This document shows positions 45,875-54,992 of a stretch of 64,000 nt of DNA, piece by piece (the first letter of the stretch is position 1; every line of letters begins with the position of its first letter). The DNA lies in contig JBAXOY010000001.1 in the NCBI GenBank assembly GCA_037133055.1, forward strand, positions 35,660 to 99,659. Reading direction: 5' to 3'. The notes beneath the pieces are model-generated. The model was not told the origin of the DNA. It saw only the letters and a program-made list of their open reading frames with translations, and made no database searches. Origin of the DNA: Chlamydiota bacterium (GTDB lineage Bacteria > Auribacterota > Tritonobacteria > UBA1439). A program made the position numbers and the translations under genes.

Positions 45875-48800
45875 TGGGCACTGATCACGGCGGCGCGCTC
45901 GGGGGGATCGTCCGCTACTTCGCGGACTCGAAGCTCACCCCGCTCTTCATCATCGCCTCGCTCCTCATCGGCGCCTTCGCCGTCGCGAACCTCCCGCGGG
46001 AGGAGGAGCCGCAGATCTCCGTGCCGATGTTCGACATCCTCGTCTCCTACCCCGGGGCGAGCGCCAAGGAGATGGAGCAGCGGATCGTCAACCTCGGCGA
46101 GAGGAAGCTCTGGGAGATCACGGGGGTCGAATACATCTACTCGACCGTCGAGCCCGATCAGGCCCTCATCATCGTCAGGTTCAAGGTCGGCGAGGACCCG
46201 GAGAAGAGCCTGATCAAGCTCTACACGAAGGTCTACTCGAACCTCGACCTGATGCCTCCGGGGGCTTCCCAGCCGCTCATCAAGCCGCGCTCGATCGACG
46301 ACGTGCCGGTCCTCGCCCTCACCTTTCACGGCGGCGGCCGCGACCCCCTCGTTCTCCGGAAGACCGTCGCGCGGGTGCGGCAGGAGGTGAGCGCCGTCCC
46401 GGACGTTTCCGAGACGGTCATCACCGGGGGCAGGAAGCGGCAGTTCCAGGTCTTCTTCGATGAGGCGAAGCTCGCCGAGCGCCTGATGAGCCCGCTTGAA
46501 ATCGGCGCGCTCATACGGGGCACGAACGTCAGGCGCCCCGCCGGCCGCCTCGAGAGCCGGCCGAAGCTCATGGCGGTCGAGTCGAACGCGTTCTTCCGCT
46601 CGAAGGCCGATCTCGAGAACCTGGTCGTGGGCGTGAGCGCGGGCGGGAGCGTGCATGTGAAGGATGTGGCGCGCGTGGCGGACGGCCCCGACGAGGACGA
46701 GCGCTTCGTATCCATCCGGGGCGGCGCCGCGGCCCCGCCCGGAGAAAGGGCGGAGCAGGCGGCGGTGACCCTCTCGATCTCGAAGCGGAGGGGGACGAAC
46801 GCGACGCGGCTCTGCAGGCAGGTCCTCGCGAAGGTCGAGGCGCTCAAGGGAACCGCCATACCCCCCGGGATCGCGTACACGGTGACCCGCGACTACGGCG
46901 AGACCGCCGCGGAGAAATCCAACGAGCTCCTCCTGCACATGGCGATCGCCGTGGTCGGGGTGAGCATCCTCATCGCGGTGTCGCTGGGCATCTACGAGTC
47001 GGGCGTGGTGGCGGTGGCGGTCCCCGTGACCCTCGCCCTCACCCTCGCCTCGTTCTACTTCATCGGCTTCACCCTGAACCGCATCACCCTCTTCGCCCTC
47101 ATCTTCTCCATCGGGATCCTCGTGGACGACCCGATCGTGGACGTCGAAAACATCGTGCGCCATCTCCGGATGCCGTCGAGCAGGGGGCGTCCCATCCTCG
47201 ACGTGACGGTCGAGGCGGTGAACGAGGTGCGGAGCCCCCTCATCCTGGCGACGCTCGCCGTGATCGCGGCGATACTGCCGATGGCGTTCGTGCGCGGATT
47301 GATGGGCCCGTATATGCGCCCCATCCCGATCGGGTCGAGCATGGCGATGGCGTTCTCCATGGCGGTCGCGTTCATCGTGACGCCCTGGTCCGCCCTGAGG
47401 ATCATGGGGTGGGCGCTCCGCAGGGGGAGGCTCAAGGGCCACGGCCGCGAGGAGCGCGAGGACCTGCTCACGCGCCTCTACCGGACCTCGATGAAGCCGA
47501 TCGTGACCCGTCCGCGGCCCCGGCGCTGGTTCCTTCGCGCCCTTGCCGCCATGCTCCTCGCCGCCGCGGCCCTCGTGCCGCTCAAATGCGTGAAGCTCAA
47601 GATGCTCCCGTTCGACAACAAGAACGAGTTCCAGGTCGTGCTCGATATGCCCGAGGGGACGCCCGCGGAGAAGACGCGGGCCGTGATCGGTGAGATCGCC
47701 GCCCTGTGCGCCGCGGTGCCCGAGGCGACCGATATCGAGACCTACGTCGGCGCGAGCTCCCCCTATAATTTCAACGGCCTCGTGCGCCACTACTTCATGC
47801 GGGACCGGCCCCACCAGGCGGACCTCCAGGTCAACCTCGTCGGGAAGGGCTCGCGGAAGCGGCAGAGCCACGCAATCGCCGACAGCGTCAGGCCCGCCAT
47901 CCACGGGATCGTGCGCCGGGCGGGCGGACACGTCCAGGTCGCCGAGGTCCCTACCGGGCCCCCGGTGCTCTCGACGCTCGTCCTCGAGATCTACGGGCCG
48001 ACGGTCGAGGGGCAGATCGAGCTGGCGGGCGAGATCGAGGCGCTCCTCGCGCGCACCCCCGGCATCACGGACATCGGCGCCTACGTCCAGGCCGGGGAGC
48101 CCCTGGCCCGCCTTTCCATCGACACCGAGAAGGCCTCCCTGAACGGGATCGACGTCTCCTCCATCGCGAACACGGTCACCGCCGCCCTTGCGGGCCAGGC
48201 GGCCGACCTCGCCCGCCTGCCCGACGAGTACGAACCGGTGGAGATCCTCCTGCGGCTCCCGAAGGAAAAGCGGGCGACGCTGGATGCCGTGAAGCGGATC
48301 AGGCTTCTTTCCCGCTTCGGGCAGATGATCCCGGTGGGGGACCTCACCGCGACGGAGCCCCTGGCAAGGGACCGCGCGATCTACCACAAGAACCTCATGC
48401 GCGTCCAGTACGTCATCGCCGACGTCACCGGGGACCTCGCGAGCCCGGCGTACGCCATCCTGAAGCTCCGCCGGCAGGTCGCCGGCCTCCCCATCCCCGG
48501 AGCGCGCCCGGGCGGCTTGCGCCGCCTCGCGCAGTATTTCACCATGCAGCCGCCGGCCGCCGGGGGGTGGGCGGTAAAGTGGGACGGGGAATGGCAGATC
48601 ACCTACGAGGTCTTCCGGGACATGGGGATCGCGTTCGCGGCCGTGCTCATCCTCATCTACATCCTCGTCGTCGGCTGGTTCCGGTCGTTCAAGACCCCGC
48701 TCGTCATCATGATCCCGATCCCCCTCTCCCTCATCGGCATACTCCCGGCGCACTGGATGGCGGGGGTGTTCTTCACGGCGACCTCCATGATCGGGCTCAT

Positions 48801-49095
48801 CGCCGGCGCGGGGATCGTGGTGCGGAACGCGATCATCCTCGTGGACTTCATCGAGCTCAGGATCTCGCACGGGATGCCGATCGAGGAGGCCGTGATCGAC
48901 GCGGGGGCGAAGCGGTTCCGCCCGATGCTCCTCACCGCGGCCGCGGTGATCGTGGGCTCGTCGGTCATCCTCTTCGATCCCATCTTCCAGGGGCTCGCAC
49001 TCTCGCTCATGGCGGGGGAGATCGCCTCAACCCTCCTGTCGAGGACGGCGGTGCCGGTCTTCTACTACCTGATGATGCGGAAGAAGGCGGTCTGA
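45871..49095 (+). CDS. RND efflux permease (AcrB/AcrD/AcrF family)
   Basis: LPREEEPQI, IGILVDDPIVDVENI, GIVVRNAIILVDF and RFRPMLLT motifs; ATGA coupling. Confidence 0.95.
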   Translation: MMGTDHGGALGGIVRYFADSKLTPLFIIASLLIGAFAVANLPREEEPQISVPMFDILVSYPGASAKEMEQRIVNLGERKLWEITGVEYIYSTVEPDQALIIVRFKVGEDPEKSLIKLYTKVYSNLDLMPPGASQPLIKPRSIDDVPVLALTFHGGGRDPLVLRKTVARVRQEVSAVPDVSETVITGGRKRQFQVFFDEAKLAERLMSPLEIGALIRGTNVRRPAGRLESRPKLMAVESNAFFRSKADLENLVVGVSAGGSVHVKDVARVADGPDEDERFVSIRGGAAAPPGERAEQAAVTLSISKRRGTNATRLCRQVLAKVEALKGTAIPPGIAYTVTRDYGETAAEKSNELLLHMAIAVVGVSILIAVSLGIYESGVVAVAVPVTLALTLASFYFIGFTLNRITLFALIFSIGILVDDPIVDVENIVRHLRMPSSRGRPILDVTVEAVNEVRSPLILATLAVIAAILPMAFVRGLMGPYMRPIPIGSSMAMAFSMAVAFIVTPWSALRIMGWALRRGRLKGHGREEREDLLTRLYRTSMKPIVTRPRPRRWFLRALAAMLLAAAALVPLKCVKLKMLPFDNKNEFQVVLDMPEGTPAEKTRAVIGEIAALCAAVPEATDIETYVGASSPYNFNGLVRHYFMRDRPHQADLQVNLVGKGSRKRQSHAIADSVRPAIHGIVRRAGGHVQVAEVPTGPPVLSTLVLEIYGPTVEGQIELAGEIEALLARTPGITDIGAYVQAGEPLARLSIDTEKASLNGIDVSSIANTVTAALAGQAADLARLPDEYEPVEILLRLPKEKRATLDAVKRIRLLSRFGQMIPVGDLTATEPLARDRAIYHKNLMRVQYVIADVTGDLASPAYAILKLRRQVAGLPIPGARPGGLRRLAQYFTMQPPAAGGWAVKWDGEWQITYEVFRDMGIAFAAVLILIYILVVGWFRSFKTPLVIMIPIPLSLIGILPAHWMAGVFFTATSMIGLIAGAGIVVRNAIILVDFIELRISHGMPIEEAVIDAGAKRFRPMLLTAAAVIVGSSVILFDPIFQGLALSLMAGEIASTLLSRTAVPVFYYLMMRKKAV

Positions 49096-49197
49096 TCCGC
49101 TCCCCTCTTTCGGCTTGCCGCATTCTGCCGGGCGGGTATAATAGGGGTGCTGCACGGGCATTCCCGCCCGCGCACCCCACACCACGGGCGCCGCGCC

Positions 49198-50031
49198 ATG
49201 TATCTCACGTACTACGGATTCCAGAAACACCCGTTCAACCTCACCGCCGACCCGAGCTTCCTTTTCCCGAGCCCCCAGCACCGGGAGGCGATGAGCTTCC
49301 TCTACTACGGCATCATGGGCAGGAAGGGGTTCCTGGCGATCACCGGCGAGGTCGGCACCGGGAAGACGACCCTCTGCCGCGCCCTCCTCTCGCAGCTCGA
49401 CGACCGCGTGAAGACCGCCTTCATCCTCAACTCGAACCTCACCGAGTTCCAGCTCATCCACGCGGTCATCGAGGATTTCGGCATCCCGATCTCCGGGAAC
49501 AGCAGGATGAACCTGATGCGCGCCCTGAACGCATTTCTCATCGCGCAGGTGCGGGAGGGGAACAACGCGGTCTTGATCATCGACGAGGCCCAGAACCTGA
49601 GCGCGGGGCAGCTCGAGCAGGTGCGCATGCTCTCGAATCTCGAGACCGCCGAGGAGAAACTCATCCAGATCATACTCGTCGGCCAGCCGGAACTCCGGAA
49701 AAAGCTCGATTCGAAATCGCTCCTCCAGCTCAGGCAGCGGATATCCATCCGGTTCCACCTCTCCCCGCTGCAGCGGGGAGAGATCGCCTCGTACATCGCG
49801 CACCGGCTGAGGGTGGCCGGAGGCGAGGGGCGGGTCGGGTTCGACAGGAAGTCGGTCGAGCTCGTCTACGAGTACTCGGGCGGCGTGCCGCGCCTCATCA
49901 ACATGCTGTGCGACAAGGCGCTGCTCGCCGGGTTCGTGCTCGGCACCAGGTCGATCACGGCGAAGATCGTCAGGGCGAGCATCAGGGAGATCGAGGGGGA
50001 GCCGGAGCTCACGGCGGCGGCGACCGTGTGA
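49198..50031 (+). CDS. ExeA/GspA-family AAA ATPase
   Basis: MYLTYYGFQKHPF, TGEVGTGKTT, LIIDEAQNL, ILVGQPEL and GGVPRLINMLCD motifs; TTGCCG-16-TATAAT at 49115-49142. Confidence 0.92.
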   Translation: MYLTYYGFQKHPFNLTADPSFLFPSPQHREAMSFLYYGIMGRKGFLAITGEVGTGKTTLCRALLSQLDDRVKTAFILNSNLTEFQLIHAVIEDFGIPISGNSRMNLMRALNAFLIAQVREGNNAVLIIDEAQNLSAGQLEQVRMLSNLETAEEKLIQIILVGQPELRKKLDSKSLLQLRQRISIRFHLSPLQRGEIASYIAHRLRVAGGEGRVGFDRKSVELVYEYSGGVPRLINMLCDKALLAGFVLGTRSITAKIVRASIREIEGEPELTAAATV

Positions 50032-50045
50032 TACCCGGTAACTGC

Positions 50046-50080
50046 TCAGGAGCCAGAATTCAGGAGTCAGGAGTCTGACT
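50046..50080. repeat. TCAGGAG heptamer array
   Basis: tcaggag ccagaat tcaggag tcaggag tctgact. Confidence 0.7.
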
Positions 50081-50123
50081 ACCTGAGGAGTAACGATTCT
50101 CGTATAATCCCGGACGGCAGATC

Positions 50124-50717
50124 ATGAGCATCATCTTCGAGGCGCTGAAAAAGATCGAGGAGGAGAAGAGGGATGACCCGCTCGGCGGGCCCCCCGGCAT
50201 CCTGAGCCTCGCCGGGGGAAAGTCAGCCGTGGAGCCCCGTCGGATCTCATGGGCGCGCGTCAACACCGCTGCGGCCGTCGTGGGGATCCCCCTCGTCATC
50301 CTGTCGGCGATCTATCTCCGGCCTCGCATGCCCGCCGCCACGGCAAAACCCCCGGCAGCGCCGCCCCCGCGCCACGCGGGCGCCACGGCATCGACGAAGC
50401 CGGCCATGGAGGAGGTCCGTCTGAAGCCGCGGAGCATCGTGCCCGCCGTTGAGGGATTCTCCCCGGAGACGCTCCAGCCCGCATCTCCGCCCCCGCCGGC
50501 CGCCGCTCCCCCACTGGCCGCCGCTCCCCCGCCGGCGGCCCAGCTCCCCGATTTTCACCTCAGGGGCTTGAGCCGCAGCGGCAGCCGGTCGTGGGCCTTC
50601 ATCAACGACCGGATGGTGAAGGTCGGGGACACCGTCGAGGGGGCCGAGGTGGTGGAGATCCTGAGCGACCGCGTGAAGCTCAGAAACGGGGGCACGGTCT
50701 TCACCCTCACCTACTGA
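50124..50717 (+). CDS. ExeB/GspB-like protein
   Basis: MSIIFEALKK start, TM, Pro-rich linker, AFINDRMVKVGDTVEGAEVVEI; follows the ExeA gene. Confidence 0.8.
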   Translation: MSIIFEALKKIEEEKRDDPLGGPPGILSLAGGKSAVEPRRISWARVNTAAAVVGIPLVILSAIYLRPRMPAATAKPPAAPPPRHAGATASTKPAMEEVRLKPRSIVPAVEGFSPETLQPASPPPPAAAPPLAAAPPPAAQLPDFHLRGLSRSGSRSWAFINDRMVKVGDTVEGAEVVEILSDRVKLRNGGTVFTLTY

Positions 50718-50843
50718 ATGCCCGGGGAACATCCCGTCCCGCCCCGCCGTTTCACCCTTCAGGGCACGCCGCATCGCGCCGCGCCCCCCTGCGCCGCGCC
50801 CCTCTTCTTCGGAGCCCCCGATTTTGCTATCATGGGTGCCGCC

Positions 50844-52343
50844 ATGAAGACCGTCCGCCGTTTTCCGACCGCAGCCGCGCTCGCGTGCCTCCTCGCGCTC
50901 GCGCCCCCCTTCGGGGCGCGCGCCCAGCAGGCCTCCGAGGACTGGCCCCTCTACCTCGAACGGGGGCACACGGACAGGCGCTGGGACGACTATGTCAAGA
51001 AGGGGCTTGACCTCTTCACCGCCGCCAGGATTCCCGAGTCGGCGAAGCAGTTCGGGAAGGCGATGTCCGCGGGCTGCGACGACGGCCTCGTCCTCTTCAG
51101 GCTCGCCGCCTGCACGTACATCACCGGCGACTACGCCCGCGCGGTCGAGCTCCTCGACACGGCGGTGCCCCTGATCGAATCGCGATACGGCGGCACGGTC
51201 TACACCGCTCAGGCCCGCAACCTGAAGGGGATCATCCTCGCGGACCAGGGAAAGCCCGCCGAGGCGGAGAAAGAGCTGAAGGCGGCGATCCGCGCCGCTC
51301 CCTCCCTTGCCGAGACGCACAACAACCTCGGGAAATTCTACACCGCGCAGGGCCGCCACGGAGAGGCGTATCTCGAGTTCGAGCAGGCGCTTCAGCTCGA
51401 TCCCGGGGACGCCGCCGCGCGGCTGAACCTCGGGTTCCTCTACGAATCCGAGAAGAAGCACGACGAGGCCCTCGCCGAGTTCGATCGCGTGCTGCGCCTC
51501 CACCCCGACGAGTACCGTGCATGCTACGCCAAGGGACAGACCTTCGTCCGCATGGAGTTCATGGACGAGGCGATCGCGCAATTCCGCGAGACGGTGAAGC
51601 TGAAGCCCGACTTTTTCGACGGACACCTCGGCCTCGGGTATGCCTGCGCCGCCGCGCAGCAGTGGAGCGAGTCCGAGACCGCCCTTCTGAAGGCCGTCCG
51701 CCTCCAGCCGAAGAACCCGAAGGGGCACTACGCCCTCGGGCGCATGTACGCGCAGAAGGGCGACAACGCGCGCGCCATCAAGGCCCTGCGCAAGGCGGTG
51801 AGCCTCGACCCGCTCTACTTCGATGGGCACCTCGCGCTCGGCGTCTCCTACGCGGAGGGGAAGGACTACGAGGCCGCCCTGAACGAGTTCACCAAGGCCT
51901 CAGAGCTCGACACGAAGTCGGCCGTCGCCCTCCGCCACCGCGGGCGGGCGTTCTTTTACCTGAACCAGTTCGGGGAAGCCCTGAAGGACCTCAACAGATC
52001 GCTCCAGATGGAGAAGGACAACCCCACCACCCTCCTCTTTCTCGGCTACAGCCACTGGAAGTTGAAGGACTACGACCGCGCGCTGAAGGCATTGAAGAGG
52101 GCGGCGGCGGCGAGCCCCGCAAACGCGAACGTGCACCTCGCGCTCGGGGAGATCTACGAGGAGCAGGGGAAATCCGAGGATGCGATCGCGGAATACTCCC
52201 GGGTGGTCGAGCTCGTCCCCGGCGCCGCGGACGTCCAGTACAAGCTCGGCAAGCTTTACGATAAGGCGGGCAGGAAGGACGAGGCGTTCAAGGCGCTCCA
52301 GAAAGCGGGGCCGTACCTCGAGACGCTCGGCGGGACGCGGTAA
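50844..52343 (+). CDS. Exported TPR-repeat protein
   Basis: Signal peptide (ARA|QQ); about 11 TPRs (AETHNNLG, ARLNLG, GHYALG, VHLALG). Confidence 0.9.
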   Translation: MKTVRRFPTAAALACLLALAPPFGARAQQASEDWPLYLERGHTDRRWDDYVKKGLDLFTAARIPESAKQFGKAMSAGCDDGLVLFRLAACTYITGDYARAVELLDTAVPLIESRYGGTVYTAQARNLKGIILADQGKPAEAEKELKAAIRAAPSLAETHNNLGKFYTAQGRHGEAYLEFEQALQLDPGDAAARLNLGFLYESEKKHDEALAEFDRVLRLHPDEYRACYAKGQTFVRMEFMDEAIAQFRETVKLKPDFFDGHLGLGYACAAAQQWSESETALLKAVRLQPKNPKGHYALGRMYAQKGDNARAIKALRKAVSLDPLYFDGHLALGVSYAEGKDYEAALNEFTKASELDTKSAVALRHRGRAFFYLNQFGEALKDLNRSLQMEKDNPTTLLFLGYSHWKLKDYDRALKALKRAAAASPANANVHLALGEIYEEQGKSEDAIAEYSRVVELVPGAADVQYKLGKLYDKAGRKDEAFKALQKAGPYLETLGGTR

Positions 52344-52423
52344 GGGGACGGGTCTTCCCGGGAGGGGAGCTGAAAAACCCCGCGCGGATCACTATCGGAT
52401 GCACGGCAGGGAGGGTGTACACC

Positions 52424-52981
52424 ATGGCGAACGCAGTCGATCTCAGAAGGGGGGTGGCGATCCTGTACCAGGGAGCGCCGCATGTCATCACCGAGTACCA
52501 GCACGTCACGCCGGGAAACTGGCGCGCCTACGTGCAGGTTTCGATGCGCAATGTGAAGACGGGAAACTCGACGCAGGCGCGGTTCAGGACATCGGAGACC
52601 GTGGAGCTTGTCGATCTCGAGAGCCGCAAACTCCAGTACCAGTACCGCGACGGGGACGGCTACAACTTCATGAATCTCGAGGATTTCAGCACCGTCGTCC
52701 TTTCCCCCGCCGTCGTCGGCGAGGCCGCGCGGTATTTCAAGGAGGGCGACGAGATCAAGGGCCTCTTCCACGGCGAGGAGCCGATAGAGCTCGAACTCCC
52801 CACGAGCGTGGTGCTGAAGGTGGTGACGACCACGCCCGGCTTCAAGGGGGACTCGGTCAACAATCTTCAAAAGCCGGCGACGCTCGAGACGGGGTACGAG
52901 CTGAACGTGCCGCTCTTCATCAAGGAGGGGGAGATGGTCAAGGTGGACACGCGGACCGGGGGGTATCTGGGGAGGGAGTGA
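52424..52981 (+). CDS. efp: Translation elongation factor P
   Basis: HVTPGNWRAYVQ, PGFKGDSV..LQKPATLETG...VPLFIKEGE.VKVDTRTGGYLGR. Confidence 0.96.
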   Translation: MANAVDLRRGVAILYQGAPHVITEYQHVTPGNWRAYVQVSMRNVKTGNSTQARFRTSETVELVDLESRKLQYQYRDGDGYNFMNLEDFSTVVLSPAVVGEAARYFKEGDEIKGLFHGEEPIELELPTSVVLKVVTTTPGFKGDSVNNLQKPATLETGYELNVPLFIKEGEMVKVDTRTGGYLGRE

Positions 52982-52984
52982 TTC

Positions 52985-53008
52985 AAATCCCAAAACCCAA
53001 ATCCCAAA
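52985..53008. repeat. AAATCCC heptamer array F
   Basis: aaatccc aaaaccc aaatccc directly after the efp stop. Confidence 0.75.
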
Positions 53009-53081
53009 AGAGGCTAAAAAGAACGGGGCCGTATGCACGTGGATGGCGCGCATGCGGCCCCGGATGCTTTTGAGCCCCTGT

Positions 53082-53157
53082 GGAGCCTGTCCAAGGTCCA
53101 AGTAATGGATCTCGACGCCAAGCCTCCGGGCCGCCGCCGGTTACTCGGACAGGCTCC
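53082..53157. mobile_element. Short copy of the MITE family
   Basis: GGAGCCTGTCCAAGGTCCAAGTAATGGATCTCGACG...TTACTCGGACAGGCTCC followed by TAG. Confidence 0.7.
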
Positions 53158-53161
53158 TAGC

Positions 53162-53389
53162 TCAGGCCTTCTTCAACTCCTCGGGGCTCAGGAGCTTGAA
53201 GCCGATCTTCACCTTCACCTGGAACTCGCTCACCGTGCCGTTGTCGATGCGCCCGCCGAGCTTGTCGACCTCGAACCAGCCCATCGCCTTGATGCTCTTC
53301 CCCGCCTCCTCGACCGCGCTCTTCGTGGCCTCGGCAAAGCTCTTCGGCGAGGTCCCGATGATCTCGATGACCTTGTACGTCTTTGACAT
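53162..53389 (-). CDS. Dodecin (flavin-binding)
   Basis: TYKVIEIIGTSPKSFAEA...WFEV...GRIDNGTVSEFQVKVKIGFKL. Confidence 0.92.
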   Translation of the reverse strand: MSKTYKVIEIIGTSPKSFAEATKSAVEEAGKSIKAMGWFEVDKLGGRIDNGTVSEFQVKVKIGFKLLSPEELKKA

Positions 53390-53466
53390 GGACTCCCCCT
53401 TTCCGCTGTTTCGCGCGTCTGCCCGGCGCCCCGGGAGAATAATGCTCCCGGCACTCCGCAGCCGCA

Positions 53467-54246
53467 TCACGCGAAGTAATCCGCGTGCGCATGTATGAAC
53501 TTCATCGTATCGGCGAAGGCCTCGATGTCATGCGGCTCGAAGGTGTACACGGGCCTCATGGAAAGCCCCTTGATGACCGCGAAGAACTCCGCGAAGTCGA
53601 TTGTTCCCCTGCCCGGGGCGAGGTGGTAGTCCCAGTCGCCGTTGTTGTCCGTGATATGGACCTCTTCGATGCGCCCCGCCCAGCGCAGGAGCCACTCGGA
53701 GACCGGCGTCTTTCCGAAGACGTGATGATGCGCGACATCGAACAGGAGGCCCACGTTGTCCGCCCCCGCCGCCTCCACCGCGTCGAGGATGAGATCCGGC
53801 GACAGCTCGAAGGTGTTCTCCACCAGGAGCCGGAGCCCCTTCCCCGCGGCCTCCCCCGCGATGGCGCGAAGCGAGGGGACGAACTGCGCGAAGTAGCGGT
53901 CCGCGAGGTCCCGCTTGTTGAGGATGTCGAAACCCGAGTGCACCACGATTGACTCGGCGCCGAGCGCCTCCGCGAAATCGATCGACTGGCGGCAGCGGTG
54001 GAGCGTGACCTCGCGTATTTTCGGGTCGAAGGCGCCGAGCGCCATCTCCGATATCGGGCCGTGCACGCGGCGCCGGAGCCCCGCCGAATCGAGGAGCGCG
54101 CGGGCGGCCGATACGCGCGCCGGATCGAGGACCTCCAGGACATCCCCGTCGGCGAAGACCTCGGCGTTCACCCGCTGCTGGCGGGCAAGCTCCTCGTGCG
54201 CGAGGAGAAAATCAATCGGGACCGCGAAGAAGAAGGCCTGGTTCAC
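53467..54246 (-). CDS. Sugar phosphate isomerase/epimerase (AP endonuclease 2 TIM barrel)
   Basis: VHGP, IVVHSG, LLVEN, LFDVAH, VHITDNNGDWDYHLAPGRGTIDF and TFEPH motifs; GTG start inferred. Confidence 0.85.
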   Translation of the reverse strand: MNQAFFFAVPIDFLLAHEELARQQRVNAEVFADGDVLEVLDPARVSAARALLDSAGLRRRVHGPISEMALGAFDPKIREVTLHRCRQSIDFAEALGAESIVVHSGFDILNKRDLADRYFAQFVPSLRAIAGEAAGKGLRLLVENTFELSPDLILDAVEAAGADNVGLLFDVAHHHVFGKTPVSEWLLRWAGRIEEVHITDNNGDWDYHLAPGRGTIDFAEFFAVIKGLSMRPVYTFEPHDIEAFADTMKFIHAHADYFA

Positions 54247-54308
54247 AGATGCTATCCCCGTGCCCTTGGTTTGAGGTATAGTATAGCTGCACGCGACACC
54301 GCTGACAA

Positions 54309-54992
54309 ATGAAATGCCGAACGCTCCATCCCTGGAACCCCTGCGTGGCACGGGCCGTCGAAATCCAGCGGGAACTCCGCGAGAGGCTGGTCTCCACTCC
54401 TCCCCGCGAAGCCCCGCGCCTGGTCGCGGGCGCCGACGCCTCCTACCGGGATCGCGGCGGCATGTTCTTCGCCGCCGTGGTCGTCTTCTCGCTCAGGCCT
54501 TGGCGCCTGGTCGAGCAGGCGGCCGCGTGGGGGCGGGTCTCCTTCCCCTACATCCCCGGACTCCTGAGCTTCAGGGAGGCGCCCGTCCTTCTCCGCGCGT
54601 TCAAAAAGCTCAGGAGCACCCCGGACCTCATCATCTTCGACAGCCAGGGAATCGCCCACCCGCGCGGGATCGGGCTCGCCGCGCACATGGGCCTCCTGCT
54701 TGACACCCCCTCGATCGGGTGCGCCAAGAGCCGGCTCGTCGGCGCCTTCCGCCCCCCCGGCATGCGCGCGGGCTGCCGCACCGCCCTCATGTTCGACGGC
54801 GCGCGTGTGGGGACGGTCCTGAGGACGCGCGGGGGCGTCAAACCGGTCTTTGTCTCCCCCGGGCACCGGATGGACCATGCGGGCGCCGCGCGATGGGTCC
54901 TCCGCTGCGTCCGCGGATTCCGCCTCCCCGAGCCGACCCGGCAGGCCCATATCCTGGTCAACGCGCTGCGGCGCGAGCGGACGGCGCCATGA
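54309..54992 (+). CDS. nfi: Endonuclease V (deoxyinosine 3'-endonuclease)
   Basis: VAGADASY, FPYIPGLLSFRE, DSQGIAHPRGIGLA, IGCAKSRL, KPVFVSPGH and RLPEPTRQAH motifs. Confidence 0.96.
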   Translation: MKCRTLHPWNPCVARAVEIQRELRERLVSTPPREAPRLVAGADASYRDRGGMFFAAVVVFSLRPWRLVEQAAAWGRVSFPYIPGLLSFREAPVLLRAFKKLRSTPDLIIFDSQGIAHPRGIGLAAHMGLLLDTPSIGCAKSRLVGAFRPPGMRAGCRTALMFDGARVGTVLRTRGGVKPVFVSPGHRMDHAGAARWVLRCVRGFRLPEPTRQAHILVNALRRERTAP

